Source of the DNA: Candidatus Hydrogenedentota bacterium
GTDB lineage: Bacteria; Hydrogenedentota; Hydrogenedentia; Hydrogenedentales; SLHB01
DNA length: 64,000 nt
Reading direction: 5' to 3'
NCBI GenBank assembly: GCA_963668025.2
Contig: CAXXTH010000010.1
Location: 1 to 64,000, forward strand
Each line of letters starts with the position of its first letter. Positions within the stretch are counted from its first letter, which is position 1. Shown one piece after another: positions 30,904 through 41,565 of the stretch. A program made the translations under genes and the position numbers. Below the pieces are notes generated by a model. That model saw only the letters and a program-made list of their open reading frames with translations, searched no databases and was not told the DNA's origin.

Positions 30904-31884
30904 ATGGCCAAGATAGGCATTATGAGTTTCGCCCATATGCATGCTGAAAGCTATGCGGCATGCGTTAATCGTTTGGAAAACGCCCAATTGGCTGCCATTT
31001 GGGACGACGAGCCCGAACGCGGCCAGCAGGCCGCCCAGCGCCACCAGACGCGCTTTGTCGCGGATCTAGACGCATTTCTGGATTCCGGCATGGACGCGGT
31101 GATCATCACAGCGGAAAACGTGAAGCATCGTTTTCTGGCCGAGCAGGCCGCCGCCGCAGGCAAATGGGTGTTAAGTGAAAAGCCGCTCGCCACCACGGTC
31201 GAGGACGCCCAGGCCATGCTCGATGCGTGCGCCAAGGCGGGCGTGGGCCTGGGTACGGCGTTCCCCTGCCGGTATGCTTCGACGTTGAGCGAGGTGAAAA
31301 AGCAGATTTCCGATGGAGTGCTTGGGCGCATCTATGCGGCCACTTGCACGAACAACGGCCAATTCCCAGGCGGCTGGTTCGCGAAAAAAGACCTCTCGGG
31401 AGGCGGAGCTACGATGGACCACACGGTCCATGTAGTGGATTTGCTGCGCTGGATGCTCGGCAAGGAATTCACGAGCGTGTATTGTGAAAATGGCCATCTT
31501 CTGGGACGCGACACGGATTTAGACGATGTCGGCAGCCTGCATCTCGAAATGGAAGACGGCATTCTGGTGTCGCACATCGCAAGCTGGAACCGGCCCAGGA
31601 GTTTTCCCGCTTGGGGCGATGTGACGATGGAGATTGTCGGAGAAAAGGGCGTCCTTTTCGCCGATGCCTTCAATCAGAAGGTGGATGTATATAATGACGC
31701 CACCATGCGGGCGCAATGGGTGGGCTGGGGCGGCGATATGGACCTTGGCCTCGTGCGCGATTTCGTGGAAGCCGTGGATGCGCGCCGTGAACCACCCATC
31801 ACGGGCTACGACGGCCTGAAGGCCACGGAGGTGACTGAAGCGGCATATAAATCCATGGCGCAGTGCGCACGGATTGTGTTGTGA
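30904..31884 (+). CDS. Gfo/Idh/MocA family oxidoreductase
   Basis: Motifs IGIMSFAHMHAESY, LSEKPLA and GGGATMDHTVHVVD. Confidence 0.9.
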   Translation: MAKIGIMSFAHMHAESYAACVNRLENAQLAAIWDDEPERGQQAAQRHQTRFVADLDAFLDSGMDAVIITAENVKHRFLAEQAAAAGKWVLSEKPLATTVEDAQAMLDACAKAGVGLGTAFPCRYASTLSEVKKQISDGVLGRIYAATCTNNGQFPGGWFAKKDLSGGGATMDHTVHVVDLLRWMLGKEFTSVYCENGHLLGRDTDLDDVGSLHLEMEDGILVSHIASWNRPRSFPAWGDVTMEIVGEKGVLFADAFNQKVDVYNDATMRAQWVGWGGDMDLGLVRDFVEAVDARREPPITGYDGLKATEVTEAAYKSMAQCARIVL

Positions 31885-31913
31885 TAGGCTTAACAGGGAA
31901 AGTGTCTGGAAAG

Positions 31914-32525
31914 ATGAAATGCGGCTGCATCCTATTGGCTGGCCTGTTGCTTTTCCCCATGACAGGATGTAATTCGCTAAAGAAGAATCCTACCCAGAAG
32001 GAAAATGCCCAGATGACACGCTTGATCCATTTTGAGATTAAAAACATGCCAGAAATGCGGGTCATCGGTAAAACCATATGCCCCAAGATGGATATGGGCG
32101 ATGATAATCCGGTGCCCGCCTTTTGGGAGAAGTGCTTCAGCGATGGCGTTTTTAAGACACTAGAAACCTTGCCCAATCCCTTGGTAAAAGATTATGTGGG
32201 TTTCATGTGCGATGGGCCAGATAAAAAAACCTTCACCTATATCTGTGGCATGCTCTTCCCGAAAGGAACCGCTGTTCCCGAAGGTTTTGATTACCGGGAC
32301 ATGCCCGCCATGCCCACGGCTGTAGGCTGGATACAAGGGCCAGATAAAAAAGTATATGCTGACGCCTACAAACTCACCCACGATGAAATGATAAAACAAG
32401 GCTTTACGCTCTATTCAAAGAATTCCTATTGTATGGAGTTGTACAATTGCCCGCGCTTCACAACACCCCAGCCCAATGGCGATGTCATTTTAGACTATTA
32501 TATGCCCTGCCAACCGAAGGAATAA
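31914..32525 (+). CDS. GyrI-like small-molecule-binding protein, probable lipoprotein
   Basis: Lipobox-like MTGC. GyrI-like motifs RVIGK...VPAFWEK...YICG...VPEGF...CMELY...LDYYMP. Confidence 0.65.
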   Translation: MKCGCILLAGLLLFPMTGCNSLKKNPTQKENAQMTRLIHFEIKNMPEMRVIGKTICPKMDMGDDNPVPAFWEKCFSDGVFKTLETLPNPLVKDYVGFMCDGPDKKTFTYICGMLFPKGTAVPEGFDYRDMPAMPTAVGWIQGPDKKVYADAYKLTHDEMIKQGFTLYSKNSYCMELYNCPRFTTPQPNGDVILDYYMPCQPKE

Positions 32526-32689
32526 GGCCGGACAAAATACTAGTAGTTCGTTTCATTTGAAGACGCGGATGTTTGACAGGGTCCGTACGAGATTTCCGGC
32601 ATGGCCAGGCATTTACTAAAATTAAATGAGATGAACCACTAGGACAATTCAAGATGGGATGCAGCAAAGCGAATGAATTTTCGTCTCCC

Positions 32690-32737
32690 GTAGCATGGCC
32701 GTCTCGGCCATGCACATGGGCGGGACGCCCATGCTAC
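32690..32737. repeat. GTAG-type REP inverted doublet
   Basis: gtagcatggccgtctcggccatg ca catgggcgggacgcccatgctac. Confidence 0.75.
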
Positions 32738-32864
32738 GGCATTTGAAATCGATTTGGAGCGCGACATTTTAAAACGCTCTGGCTTTGATAGAACTAACGC
32801 GAAAATGCCGCCGGTAATGGCGCATACAAAACCATCGAACGATAAAGAAAGTGATGAACACACC

Positions 32865-33914
32865 ATGTATGAAGACAAGCTTATCGTGGGAATGCCCGCG
32901 GGGTCGCTGGCGGATCCGAATCGGGGGGGCAGCCTTATCGAGCTGTTGAAACATGCCGGTTTTCCTACGAAAGGATATGACCAGGGCGGGCCGAGCTGTT
33001 TTCCGATCACGCCGTTCTTGATTGGCTGGGATGGCCGCCCGCAAGAGTTCGGCTCCCAGCTTGCCATCGGTGAGATTGACATCGCCATCGGCGGGCGCGA
33101 CTGGGTCCGCGAGCGCCAGCTCGAATTTGAATACGAATACGGGCAGCGTATCGAGATGGTCTATGTGCAATCCCTCGAACGCGGCCATGTCCGGCTGGTC
33201 ATCATTGCGCGCCCGGAAGAAACCGCTGACGGCGTGGATGCGTATCTGAAGGCCCTGCTGGCCTCGAAGCCTCTCGTGACCATGGTGTCCGAGATGCCAT
33301 ATATTGCGTATGACTGGTTCAAGAAAAAAGCGGAAGCGCTGGGTTTTGGCGAATCGCACACCGCCTTCTCCGTGCAGAAATTTAAAACGCCGCCCAAAAT
33401 CGAGCGGGGCATTGTTATTTATGAGACATGGGGCAAGACGGAGGCGAAAGTGAAAAACGGCTCCGTGGATTTTGGCCTCGAGATCACCCAGTCCGGCAGC
33501 GCCATCCGTAATTACGGCCTCAACATAATCGATGAGGTGATGAAATCGGAATCCACGATCTGGGCCAGCCCGGCTTTGCGCGCCAATCCGGTGAAATATG
33601 ATCTTGCACGCATGTTTCTATTGAATCTGTATGGTTCGATTTATGCCGAGAACAAAGTCCTCGTGTCATTCAATATGCGGAAAGAATGCATGGAGCCGCT
33701 ACTGGCGTATTTACGCGAGCATCATTTGTTTGGCGACGAGCCTACGATCAACCATGGCGAACACTATTTGGAATGCAGCATCCAGCTCGATGCGTCGAGT
33801 TCCATGCTCCCCCTTGCGCGGGTGCGGTATGAACTGGCGAAACTGGGAGCCACGGCCATCGAGACGATCCCCCTCGATTCCTCGATTCCCGGCTTGAATG
33901 TGCTCGAGTTCTGA
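32865..33914 (+). CDS. hisG: ATP phosphoribosyltransferase, long divergent form
   Basis: Motifs GMPAGSL, RPQE...GEIDIAIGGRDW, TWGKTEAK and EITQSGSAIRNYGL, plus a C-terminal regulatory domain. Confidence 0.75.
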   Translation: MYEDKLIVGMPAGSLADPNRGGSLIELLKHAGFPTKGYDQGGPSCFPITPFLIGWDGRPQEFGSQLAIGEIDIAIGGRDWVRERQLEFEYEYGQRIEMVYVQSLERGHVRLVIIARPEETADGVDAYLKALLASKPLVTMVSEMPYIAYDWFKKKAEALGFGESHTAFSVQKFKTPPKIERGIVIYETWGKTEAKVKNGSVDFGLEITQSGSAIRNYGLNIIDEVMKSESTIWASPALRANPVKYDLARMFLLNLYGSIYAENKVLVSFNMRKECMEPLLAYLREHHLFGDEPTINHGEHYLECSIQLDASSSMLPLARVRYELAKLGATAIETIPLDSSIPGLNVLEF

Positions 33915-33921
33915 ACGCTCT

Positions 33922-35343
33922 TTATTCCGGCTTTTCCGATGTTTGGACGGGGCAAAGCCAGTACAGATTTTTTGCACCTCGCATGACAAGGCTCATGCGG
34001 CTTGAACCGGCGATATCGCCGCGTTCGATGATGCCTTCGATGCGCTCGGGAAACGCATAGGTGAAATCCGGGGCGGAGGCGAAGCCGCCATCGCGGTAGA
34101 GCCACACGTTAAAATCTTGCGGGCTTGTGCTCCAGGCGGCATCTGTTTTGTGGTCGCCGTTAAAGTCTTCAAGTATGCAATTGCGCAGCGGAGAGCCGTC
34201 CTCGATTTTCAAAAACCATTGGATGGGGAGGCGGCATTCGATGGAAGAAACGGCGGCAGGTTCATAGCGCATCTTTTCAGGATTGAAAAGGTGCATGGAT
34301 ACATGAATTGGCCATGTTTTTCCAATGATGGCGCTCATGAGCGAATCAAGCGATTTGCCCGGTTTTGGCGTCCACCACAGAAACAGATCGGCGTATCCAT
34401 CCCCATTAAAATCGGGTATGCTGCCGCGAGGCGCGGCTAAGATGCCTGGATATTGCCTTGCGGGCAGAATTTTGATGCCGCTTTCACTCCATGGATTGAC
34501 GGTGGGCGAGATTTCTCGAAGGCGAATCTGGGTGCTGTTCATATGGGGCTTTACCGGCGCATAGAGCACGCGCGTGGAATCCGCGCCATCGGTGCGCAGG
34601 GAAAACCACGGCCAGTTCTCTGGCGCTTGTTCGGCCATCTGAGCGAGTTGTGAAGGTGGGGCCCAACGATGCTGGCGCATGGGTTGTGCTTCTTCCGCGG
34701 GATGGAATTCAGGGGGCAGATCGGCATCCGGATTTTGTTTTGAAGATACATGAAGCCGCAGGCTGCCTGGCGGGCCTCCCTTATCTTCGCCATCGGAGGC
34801 ATCCGCATAAAAGAGATGCATGAATGGCTGTTGGCCGTTGTCCGCGCTCTGGAAGGGATAACTCGCAATCAGGCGGCTGTCCAGCCGGCGCAGTTCAAAA
34901 CCGGTTTGGACGGGAAGGGCGAGCAAGGTTTCGCCATACCATGAAACGGCAAGTACGGCTGGTTCAGGCAGGGGAGGCTGGACGGGGCCTTTCAGCAGCG
35001 TATCGAGCGTGAACAGTTCAACGGGCTCCGGCGCATGATCTTGAGGCGGTATGTTGTATTGCATAATGCGGCCATTTTCGATGGCAACGATTTCACTATG
35101 TCCATCGCCGGTGATATCCGCCACATCGAAAACGGTGGTGTCCGCATGGAAAGCCACCCGGCGCACCACGTCCGTTCTGGAAGAATAGATGGCCATATCA
35201 AGCCCGCTCAAGACGCATAATTCCGCGGGCGCATCTTGTTCGATTTGGGCGAAAAAAACAGTGTCCGCGGGAACGCTGGCGGGGATGGCCTTTACATCGA
35301 GAAGGGCCCCCAAGCCAGCGGCGAGCAAAACCAAAGGGATCAT
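33922..35343 (-). CDS. Secreted FG-GAP/VCBS repeat protein
   Basis: Motifs DITGDGHSEI, DFNGDGYADL and DFNGDHKTD. Hydrophobic N-terminus. Confidence 0.7.
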   Translation of the reverse strand: MIPLVLLAAGLGALLDVKAIPASVPADTVFFAQIEQDAPAELCVLSGLDMAIYSSRTDVVRRVAFHADTTVFDVADITGDGHSEIVAIENGRIMQYNIPPQDHAPEPVELFTLDTLLKGPVQPPLPEPAVLAVSWYGETLLALPVQTGFELRRLDSRLIASYPFQSADNGQQPFMHLFYADASDGEDKGGPPGSLRLHVSSKQNPDADLPPEFHPAEEAQPMRQHRWAPPSQLAQMAEQAPENWPWFSLRTDGADSTRVLYAPVKPHMNSTQIRLREISPTVNPWSESGIKILPARQYPGILAAPRGSIPDFNGDGYADLFLWWTPKPGKSLDSLMSAIIGKTWPIHVSMHLFNPEKMRYEPAAVSSIECRLPIQWFLKIEDGSPLRNCILEDFNGDHKTDAAWSTSPQDFNVWLYRDGGFASAPDFTYAFPERIEGIIERGDIAGSSRMSLVMRGAKNLYWLCPVQTSEKPE

Positions 35344-36923
35344 GGCGCATCCTCCGGCCCGCCTGGGGTATTTTCCCGGGAAAGGTATAGCGAGGTTTTG
35401 GAAGGTTCAAAAAACGGGGCCGAGTCTTCCATGACGCCAATGTCGCTACGCCCATCTCCGTCTACATCGGCCACGCCAAATGATTTGCCCGGCTCTATAT
35501 CGAGCGTGGCCTCCGGCTTGGATGCATACCCTTGCATCCCGCCTGCAAAAACGGATAGATGCGTATTATCCGTTTGGACCAAGGCGTCCCGGATGCCGTC
35601 TCCGTTAAAATCACCGCCAAAATAAACGAGACGGGAATTTAGATATCGCTGAAACAACGCATCGTAAAACATAGGCGGATCAGGCAGTTGAATCTCGAAT
35701 TCTCCGCGCACATCGGGGCGTGCGGAGAAGGCGCCATCTTGTTGAAAGCGGATTTCCACGATATGTGTCACCGTGTTTTCGGATATGAGGCGCGCCAAGG
35801 TTTCACGAATGCCGCCCTCGCCCAGATTGTTGGATTCACTGACTAGATCCATATCTCCATCATGATCAAAATCGATAAACAAACACGAGGGCTTATACGC
35901 GCTGCTTATGGCGCGCACGTGCGTACGGCCTCCGTCCAGCGTGGCGTATGTGGTGCTGATGAGGGATAAGTTTGCCCCATCACCGCTCCACGATATTGAA
36001 TTTCCAGCATAATCCACTATGGAATCGGCATTGAGCCTGCACGGTTCTACAAATCGGGGAAGCGGCTCCGTCTCCATCCCGGCGGGATTGGCCGTGTCCA
36101 GCGCAAATCCAGAGGAGGTCGAAACGGTTTGGTAGGGCGTTATTTGATAGCGCCGCATTTGATCGGCTTGTTGAAAGAGCCTGTAGACCGCGATACGCGG
36201 GCCATCGAGTACAATATCGCAATTCATGTCCCGGCCAGGGGCTATTACGCCGCGCGCGGCTTGAGGCCAGATAGCCGTATGATTTCGGATAAGATACGGG
36301 GGCGGGTAAACCGGCAAGACGCCCGCTGAAACATACACAGCTACGCCATCCGCATCGCTTTTCCGCCAAATATGCAGCCCGTCTGGTTTTGCACGCACAA
36401 CCTCAGGGATTCCGTCACCGTCAAAATCATGCAAAAACCGTTCAAAAAAACACCGGGCAGGCTTCTCCGATTCCGGTTCAGATGCGCTGCTGGAGCTATC
36501 TTGTTCTTCTGGCGGGGTGCTCCCGCCGCATGCGGATACATCGGCGCATGCGAACTCCGGCGTGGGCCAATCGGATTGCTTCCAAGAACCTGCTCCGCCC
36601 GGCTCGACCGTCCAAGCCAGCTCTTGGAGGGTATGCTGATCAAGGCGATAAATTCGGTTTGCCCATACTTGTATGGCATATCCATCGCCAGAAGGCGTGG
36701 GGTATTCAGCCTTATCGGTGGCACGAAAGCCTTGGTTCCGCTGGAAAATGGCGAAATGTTCAAAAACAAGATCCTGCGCGCCGTCGCCATCCAGGTCGGT
36801 GCGCTGGAAATTGCATACCGGCTCTCCCGTGAGTTGGTTTGGAAATCCGATGGACACGCAGTCGATATCTTGCTTCACGAATGTGGTTGCGCCTAGAAGG
36901 CATGACACAAGCAAGGAGATCAT
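35340..36923 (-). CDS. Secreted FG-GAP/VCBS repeat protein
   Basis: Motifs DLDGDGAQDL, DFDGDGIPE, DFDHDGDMDL, DFNGDGIRD and DVDGDGRSDI. ATGA overlaps with both neighbours. Confidence 0.72.
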   Translation of the reverse strand: MISLLVSCLLGATTFVKQDIDCVSIGFPNQLTGEPVCNFQRTDLDGDGAQDLVFEHFAIFQRNQGFRATDKAEYPTPSGDGYAIQVWANRIYRLDQHTLQELAWTVEPGGAGSWKQSDWPTPEFACADVSACGGSTPPEEQDSSSSASEPESEKPARCFFERFLHDFDGDGIPEVVRAKPDGLHIWRKSDADGVAVYVSAGVLPVYPPPYLIRNHTAIWPQAARGVIAPGRDMNCDIVLDGPRIAVYRLFQQADQMRRYQITPYQTVSTSSGFALDTANPAGMETEPLPRFVEPCRLNADSIVDYAGNSISWSGDGANLSLISTTYATLDGGRTHVRAISSAYKPSCLFIDFDHDGDMDLVSESNNLGEGGIRETLARLISENTVTHIVEIRFQQDGAFSARPDVRGEFEIQLPDPPMFYDALFQRYLNSRLVYFGGDFNGDGIRDALVQTDNTHLSVFAGGMQGYASKPEATLDIEPGKSFGVADVDGDGRSDIGVMEDSAPFFEPSKTSLYLSRENTPGGPEDAP

Positions 36924-37708
36924 GCGTGCAGATTCCTGCGATTCAACACAAAGATGGCCACGGCTGTGAAGATAATAAACGCGCAAGCAGAGGTGATAAC
37001 ACAATTCTGAATGGAAGGCCACCAAGGAGAAGAAATGCCGTTTACTTGGTCGTTATACACATCCCACGGCGTTTCGACATACGTTGTGAATAGGAAAGAC
37101 TCAATGCCAATGAAATGTTTGGCCATATCGAGCACCAGCCAGATGCAGATGGAGCCGCCCACCGCCGCCGCCGGACGGCGGACCAGCGTGGACACCATGA
37201 GCGCAAACGCAACCATGGCGAATTGGGGTAGCAACGTCACGAGCATGCCAAATAGATAGGCGCTCGCCATTTCCGAGTTGGTATATAACACTTCCCCGCC
37301 GTAAGCCACCCCGGTGAGATCGCCATAGAATGAAATAGCTCCCCAACTCGACACCGCGACGACGATGGTCAGCATCACGGCATAAGACATGCCTAGCATC
37401 AGCTTCGCCAGCAGAAAATCCATACGGGTAATAGGCCGGACCAGCACCGTGCGGATGGCGCCGCTGTTCATTTCCGATGAAATGAGCGGCGCGCAATACG
37501 CCAGCAACACCACCAGCCCTACCATATTAAGGACGATAGGCGTCGTGTACCCAATGAATCCATAATCCACCACCCAATTCCGTGAAAAAGAATGGCTCAG
37601 CGAACCCGCCACGGACAGCAGCAACAGCAGCGGGCCGGCATAGGTGAATTTCTGCCGGATGGCCTTGTCGATTTCGACCCGGTATGCTATCCAAAGACGC
37701 CGCATCAT
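36920..37708 (-). CDS. ABC-2 type transporter permease
   Basis: About six TM segments and the motif SSEMNSGAIRTVLVRPITR...AK. Confidence 0.85.
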   Translation of the reverse strand: MMRRLWIAYRVEIDKAIRQKFTYAGPLLLLLSVAGSLSHSFSRNWVVDYGFIGYTTPIVLNMVGLVVLLAYCAPLISSEMNSGAIRTVLVRPITRMDFLLAKLMLGMSYAVMLTIVVAVSSWGAISFYGDLTGVAYGGEVLYTNSEMASAYLFGMLVTLLPQFAMVAFALMVSTLVRRPAAAVGGSICIWLVLDMAKHFIGIESFLFTTYVETPWDVYNDQVNGISSPWWPSIQNCVITSACAFIIFTAVAIFVLNRRNLHA

Positions 37709-38613
37709 GAGTTGAGCACTTTCAAAAAATAGTCCTGAAGCGTCCGCCGCCGGGGAATAACGCCCGACAAGACGAAGCCAGAACTCATGAGGAATCCTGC
37801 CAATTGATGAACGGAACCGCCGCCAAGGACGACCTCGATTCGGCCAGGCTGCACATGTGCCGACTCGACCCAAGGCTGTTGTTCAAGCTGCTTGGCTGCG
37901 GCCTCGGGGGCGTCCACCAGCACTTCGACATGGCTGGTGTCATACGAAAGCAGCCCTTCGGTCTCTTCACATACAAGAAGCCGCCCCTTGTTCAATATGG
38001 CGACGCGGTTGGCGATCATTTCGACTTCTTGCAGCATATGGCTCGAGAAAACGATGGTGACCTTGGCTTCAGAAGCGAGGCTGCGCAACATTTCCAAGAC
38101 ATCCTGCGTGGCCTCGGGATCGAGCCCGCTGGTAGGCTCATCCAGAAGCAATAACTCCGGCTCCGTGAGCAATGCTTGGGCCATTCCGAGCCGCTGGCGC
38201 ATGCCTTGCGAAAAGGAGCCGACTTTGCGGCCGGCCACGCGCAGCAGGCCCATGCGGTCCAGGGCGCGATCCACGTTAAGGGTGCGGCCAGCCAGTTGCG
38301 CGAGGATCATCAGGTTGCGCCGGGCCGTCAGGTGATCGTAAAACGCCGGCCGCTCGACCAAGACGCCGATACGCTGGGCAATCTCAATCCAGTTGCGCCG
38401 GATATTCTTCCCAAATATCGTGGCCGAGCCTGAAGAAGGCGGCACTAGCCCAGCGAGCATATACAAGGTAGTGCTCTTGCCTGCGCCATTGGCCCCGAGC
38501 AAACCCAGAATTTCACCCGTACGCACCTCGATGGTCAAGCCGCTCAACGCCACGACCGAGCCGTAACATTTGGTAAGATCTTTCGTCTGAATGCATGCAG
38601 CCATAGCTTCCAT
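37705..38613 (-). CDS. ABC transporter ATP-binding protein
   Basis: Motifs GANGAGKST, FSQGMRQR, LLLDEPTSGLD and SSH. Confidence 0.93.
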   Translation of the reverse strand: MEAMAACIQTKDLTKCYGSVVALSGLTIEVRTGEILGLLGANGAGKSTTLYMLAGLVPPSSGSATIFGKNIRRNWIEIAQRIGVLVERPAFYDHLTARRNLMILAQLAGRTLNVDRALDRMGLLRVAGRKVGSFSQGMRQRLGMAQALLTEPELLLLDEPTSGLDPEATQDVLEMLRSLASEAKVTIVFSSHMLQEVEMIANRVAILNKGRLLVCEETEGLLSYDTSHVEVLVDAPEAAAKQLEQQPWVESAHVQPGRIEVVLGGGSVHQLAGFLMSSGFVLSGVIPRRRTLQDYFLKVLNS

Positions 38614-38715
38614 CGTAGCACAAATGGAGGTCCGCTTCCGAATCGACAGGCTATGGAAAACCAGGACGCCGTGCCCAAGATCGGATGAGGCAAGGCGCCT
38701 AGTTTTTTCTCACCT

Positions 38716-38742
38716 GTGGCATGGCCGGGACGCCCATGCTAC
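38716..38742. repeat. GTAG-type REP (collapsed copy)
   Basis: gtggcatggccgggacgcccatgctac. Confidence 0.6.
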
Positions 38743-39011
38743 GGAAAGACGCTAATATACACACGGTCTCGGTTTGTATATTGCGATGGGAGTCACGCTG
38801 GCTGCAGAACCAAAATGAATGACCGGCGAGGGCGCCGATCCTAAAGGAGTTGCGAATATGGCAACCAATCATTTTGAAGGGAACATCCGTTCCATATCCT
38901 CAAGGGTGAGGCGCATCGCACTTACGAGGCCTGATGTACAAAACGAAACAGGAACTGCCCTGGGTTTGCACCCGGAACAGTTCCCGTTTCAAATTGGGGC
39001 AAGGCGCTGGC

Positions 39012-40484
39012 TCAGAAGCTATAGCCCTCTTCACCATGTTCATGCACGTCCAAGCCAGACACTTCGATATCGGGACTGGGCCGCAACCCGACAACCGCCC
39101 TGATGATGAAGGCAAGAATGATCGTGCTGACAACCGCCAGGACGATCGTCACGCCCATCGCTTTGAGTTGATGGAGCCACAATGTCCGCCCAACGATTTC
39201 CTGTAAGTTTGTCGCCAGATTCGCGTTTACGTCAATGGTGGCCAAAATGCCCGTCAGGAAAGCGCCCAACGTTCCACCAACCGCATGCACTCCGAATGTA
39301 TCCAATGCGTCGTCATAACCGAGCGCGTTCTTCAGTTTAGTGCAGGCCAGGAAGGGAATGATCCCGGCGGCGACGCCGAGGAGCACCGCGCCGCTGGGTG
39401 TGATGAAACCGCAGGCCGGAGTGACCACCACTAAGCCGCCCACCGCGCCCGAGCAGAAACCCAACACGCTAGGTTTGCCCCTGGTAATATACTCGGCCAT
39501 CGCCCACGCGAATGAAGCCACCGCGGTGGCCAGCGTCGTCGTGGTGAAGGCATTAGCGGCGATCCCGTCAGCCGCGACGGCGCTGCCAGCGTTGAAGCCA
39601 TACCAACCGACCCATAGCATCCCGGTGCCGACCATGCAAAGGACCATACTATGCGGTGTCATGGCCACTTTGCCGTAACCCAGACGCTTGCCCAGGATCA
39701 AGCACAGGACCAGCGCTGACCAGCCCGAGGTCATGTGAACCACGGTGCCACCGGCGAAGTCGATGGCTTTGATCGCGGCATCTGCGTTCCACACCCCGTT
39801 CATTAGGCCGTTGATTCCCCAGATCATGTGCGCCATCGGGAAGTAAACCAGGAACATCCAGCCGGTGATAAACAACAGGACGGCGGAATACTTCATCCGT
39901 TCGGCGATCGCGCCAATGATGAGCGCGGGCGTAATAATCGCGAACATCAGTTGATACGAGGCGAAGACGTTCTGTGAGACCCAGGCCGCGTAATCGGCGT
40001 TAGGAACCGAAGTGACTCCACGAAAGAAGAAATATTCCGTGCCGCCAAGCAGCGCGCTGTTGAAGCTCTTGCCAAAGACCAGGCTATAACCGAAAGCCCA
40101 CCACAGAATGGTCACCAGGCCAGCGATCCCCAGGCATTGCGCCAAGACAGAAAGTACGTTCTTACGCCGCACTAGTCCGCCATAAAACAGCGCCAAACCG
40201 GGAAGGGTCATGAACAGCACCAGCGCCGCGGAGACCATCATCCAGGCGTTGTGGCCAGGACCGGGGCTGCTCAAGTGTTTTGGGGCCACGTTATTGATGT
40301 AGGCTTCCAGGTCGGCGACGCGTTCTTCTAGTTGCACCGTGGGTTGAGCGTCTTGAACCGCAGGTTGAGCGTCTGCAGGAGCAGGTGTGGGCGCTTGGGC
40401 TCTGGCCCACCCCCCCATCAGAATCATCGCCAGCATGAAGATCAAAGCGGCGAGGTGGCGTCTTATCTTGTCATGGAACATCAT
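39012..40484 (-). CDS. amtB: Ammonium transporter
   Basis: Motifs LVLFMTLPGLALFYGG, FAIITPALI, DFAGGTVVH, LWVGWYGFNAGS and DDALDTFGVH. N-terminal signal and extension. Confidence 0.95.
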   Translation of the reverse strand: MMFHDKIRRHLAALIFMLAMILMGGWARAQAPTPAPADAQPAVQDAQPTVQLEERVADLEAYINNVAPKHLSSPGPGHNAWMMVSAALVLFMTLPGLALFYGGLVRRKNVLSVLAQCLGIAGLVTILWWAFGYSLVFGKSFNSALLGGTEYFFFRGVTSVPNADYAAWVSQNVFASYQLMFAIITPALIIGAIAERMKYSAVLLFITGWMFLVYFPMAHMIWGINGLMNGVWNADAAIKAIDFAGGTVVHMTSGWSALVLCLILGKRLGYGKVAMTPHSMVLCMVGTGMLWVGWYGFNAGSAVAADGIAANAFTTTTLATAVASFAWAMAEYITRGKPSVLGFCSGAVGGLVVVTPACGFITPSGAVLLGVAAGIIPFLACTKLKNALGYDDALDTFGVHAVGGTLGAFLTGILATIDVNANLATNLQEIVGRTLWLHQLKAMGVTIVLAVVSTIILAFIIRAVVGLRPSPDIEVSGLDVHEHGEEGYSF

Positions 40485-40513
40485 GAGATAAATCTCCTTC
40501 ATTTCAATTGAAT

Positions 40514-40669
40514 TCACAGAACATCGGTGTCCTTTTCACCGGTGCGGATACGAGTGATGGCTTCGAGCGGTGTGATGAGAATCTTGCCGTCGCCGATGGT
40601 AGCGGTGCGCGCAACCTGAGCGATCATTTCGACCGCTTCGCCCACCTGGCGGCGCGGGCGTTTGGGTGC
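40514..40669 (-). pseudogene. C-terminal half of a second P-II protein, in frame with the glnK stop
   Basis: Translates as APKRPRRQVGEAVEMIAQVARTATIGDGKILITPLEAITRIRTGEKDTDVL*. No N-terminal half. Confidence 0.75.
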
Positions 40670-41068
<399 letters not shown>

Positions 41069-41120
41069 TCATGCCCGGCGCCTGCTCCGGCTAGTTATCA
41101 GGCAGGGTCACGATGGGTAG

Positions 41121-41137
41121 AGCATATGCCGTGCCAA
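41121..41137 (-). promoter_or_regulatory. sigma54 -24/-12 promoter of glnK-amtB
   Basis: The minus strand reads TTGGCAC-GGCAT-ATGCT (consensus TGGCAC-N5-TTGC), about 110 nt upstream of glnK. Confidence 0.6.
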
Positions 41138-41565
41138 TTATCACATAGAGGGCGTTCGCGGATATCCCCGCCTGCCCTCCACTCCGCGCATTTAATTGCG
41201 AATAAATGGGTTAAGTCTATTCTTCCCGTAAAGGCACGGGCACGGAAGATATCAGGCCAAACTCCACACAAGCGAATTATGGCGCATGGACGCCTACATG
41301 TTTGTAGGTTTTTAGGTGCTAGGGTTACGGCTCCGTAAGCGAACACCTACAAATCAATCGAGGCCTAATCATGGAGATTTAAGAAGATGATGAAAAAGAG
41401 ATTCCGCGCCGCGATAAAATACTTTCTTGACATGTATGACTACGATTCGTATACTTTGCGCACAAAAGTCGTATCGTGCAGTGGGGGGCATTGTTGAGGG
41501 GAATAGGACGCGCCAATCGGATGCAAAGCGCCGTTCTAACGGAGTCATCTATCCCGCTCGAGGCT

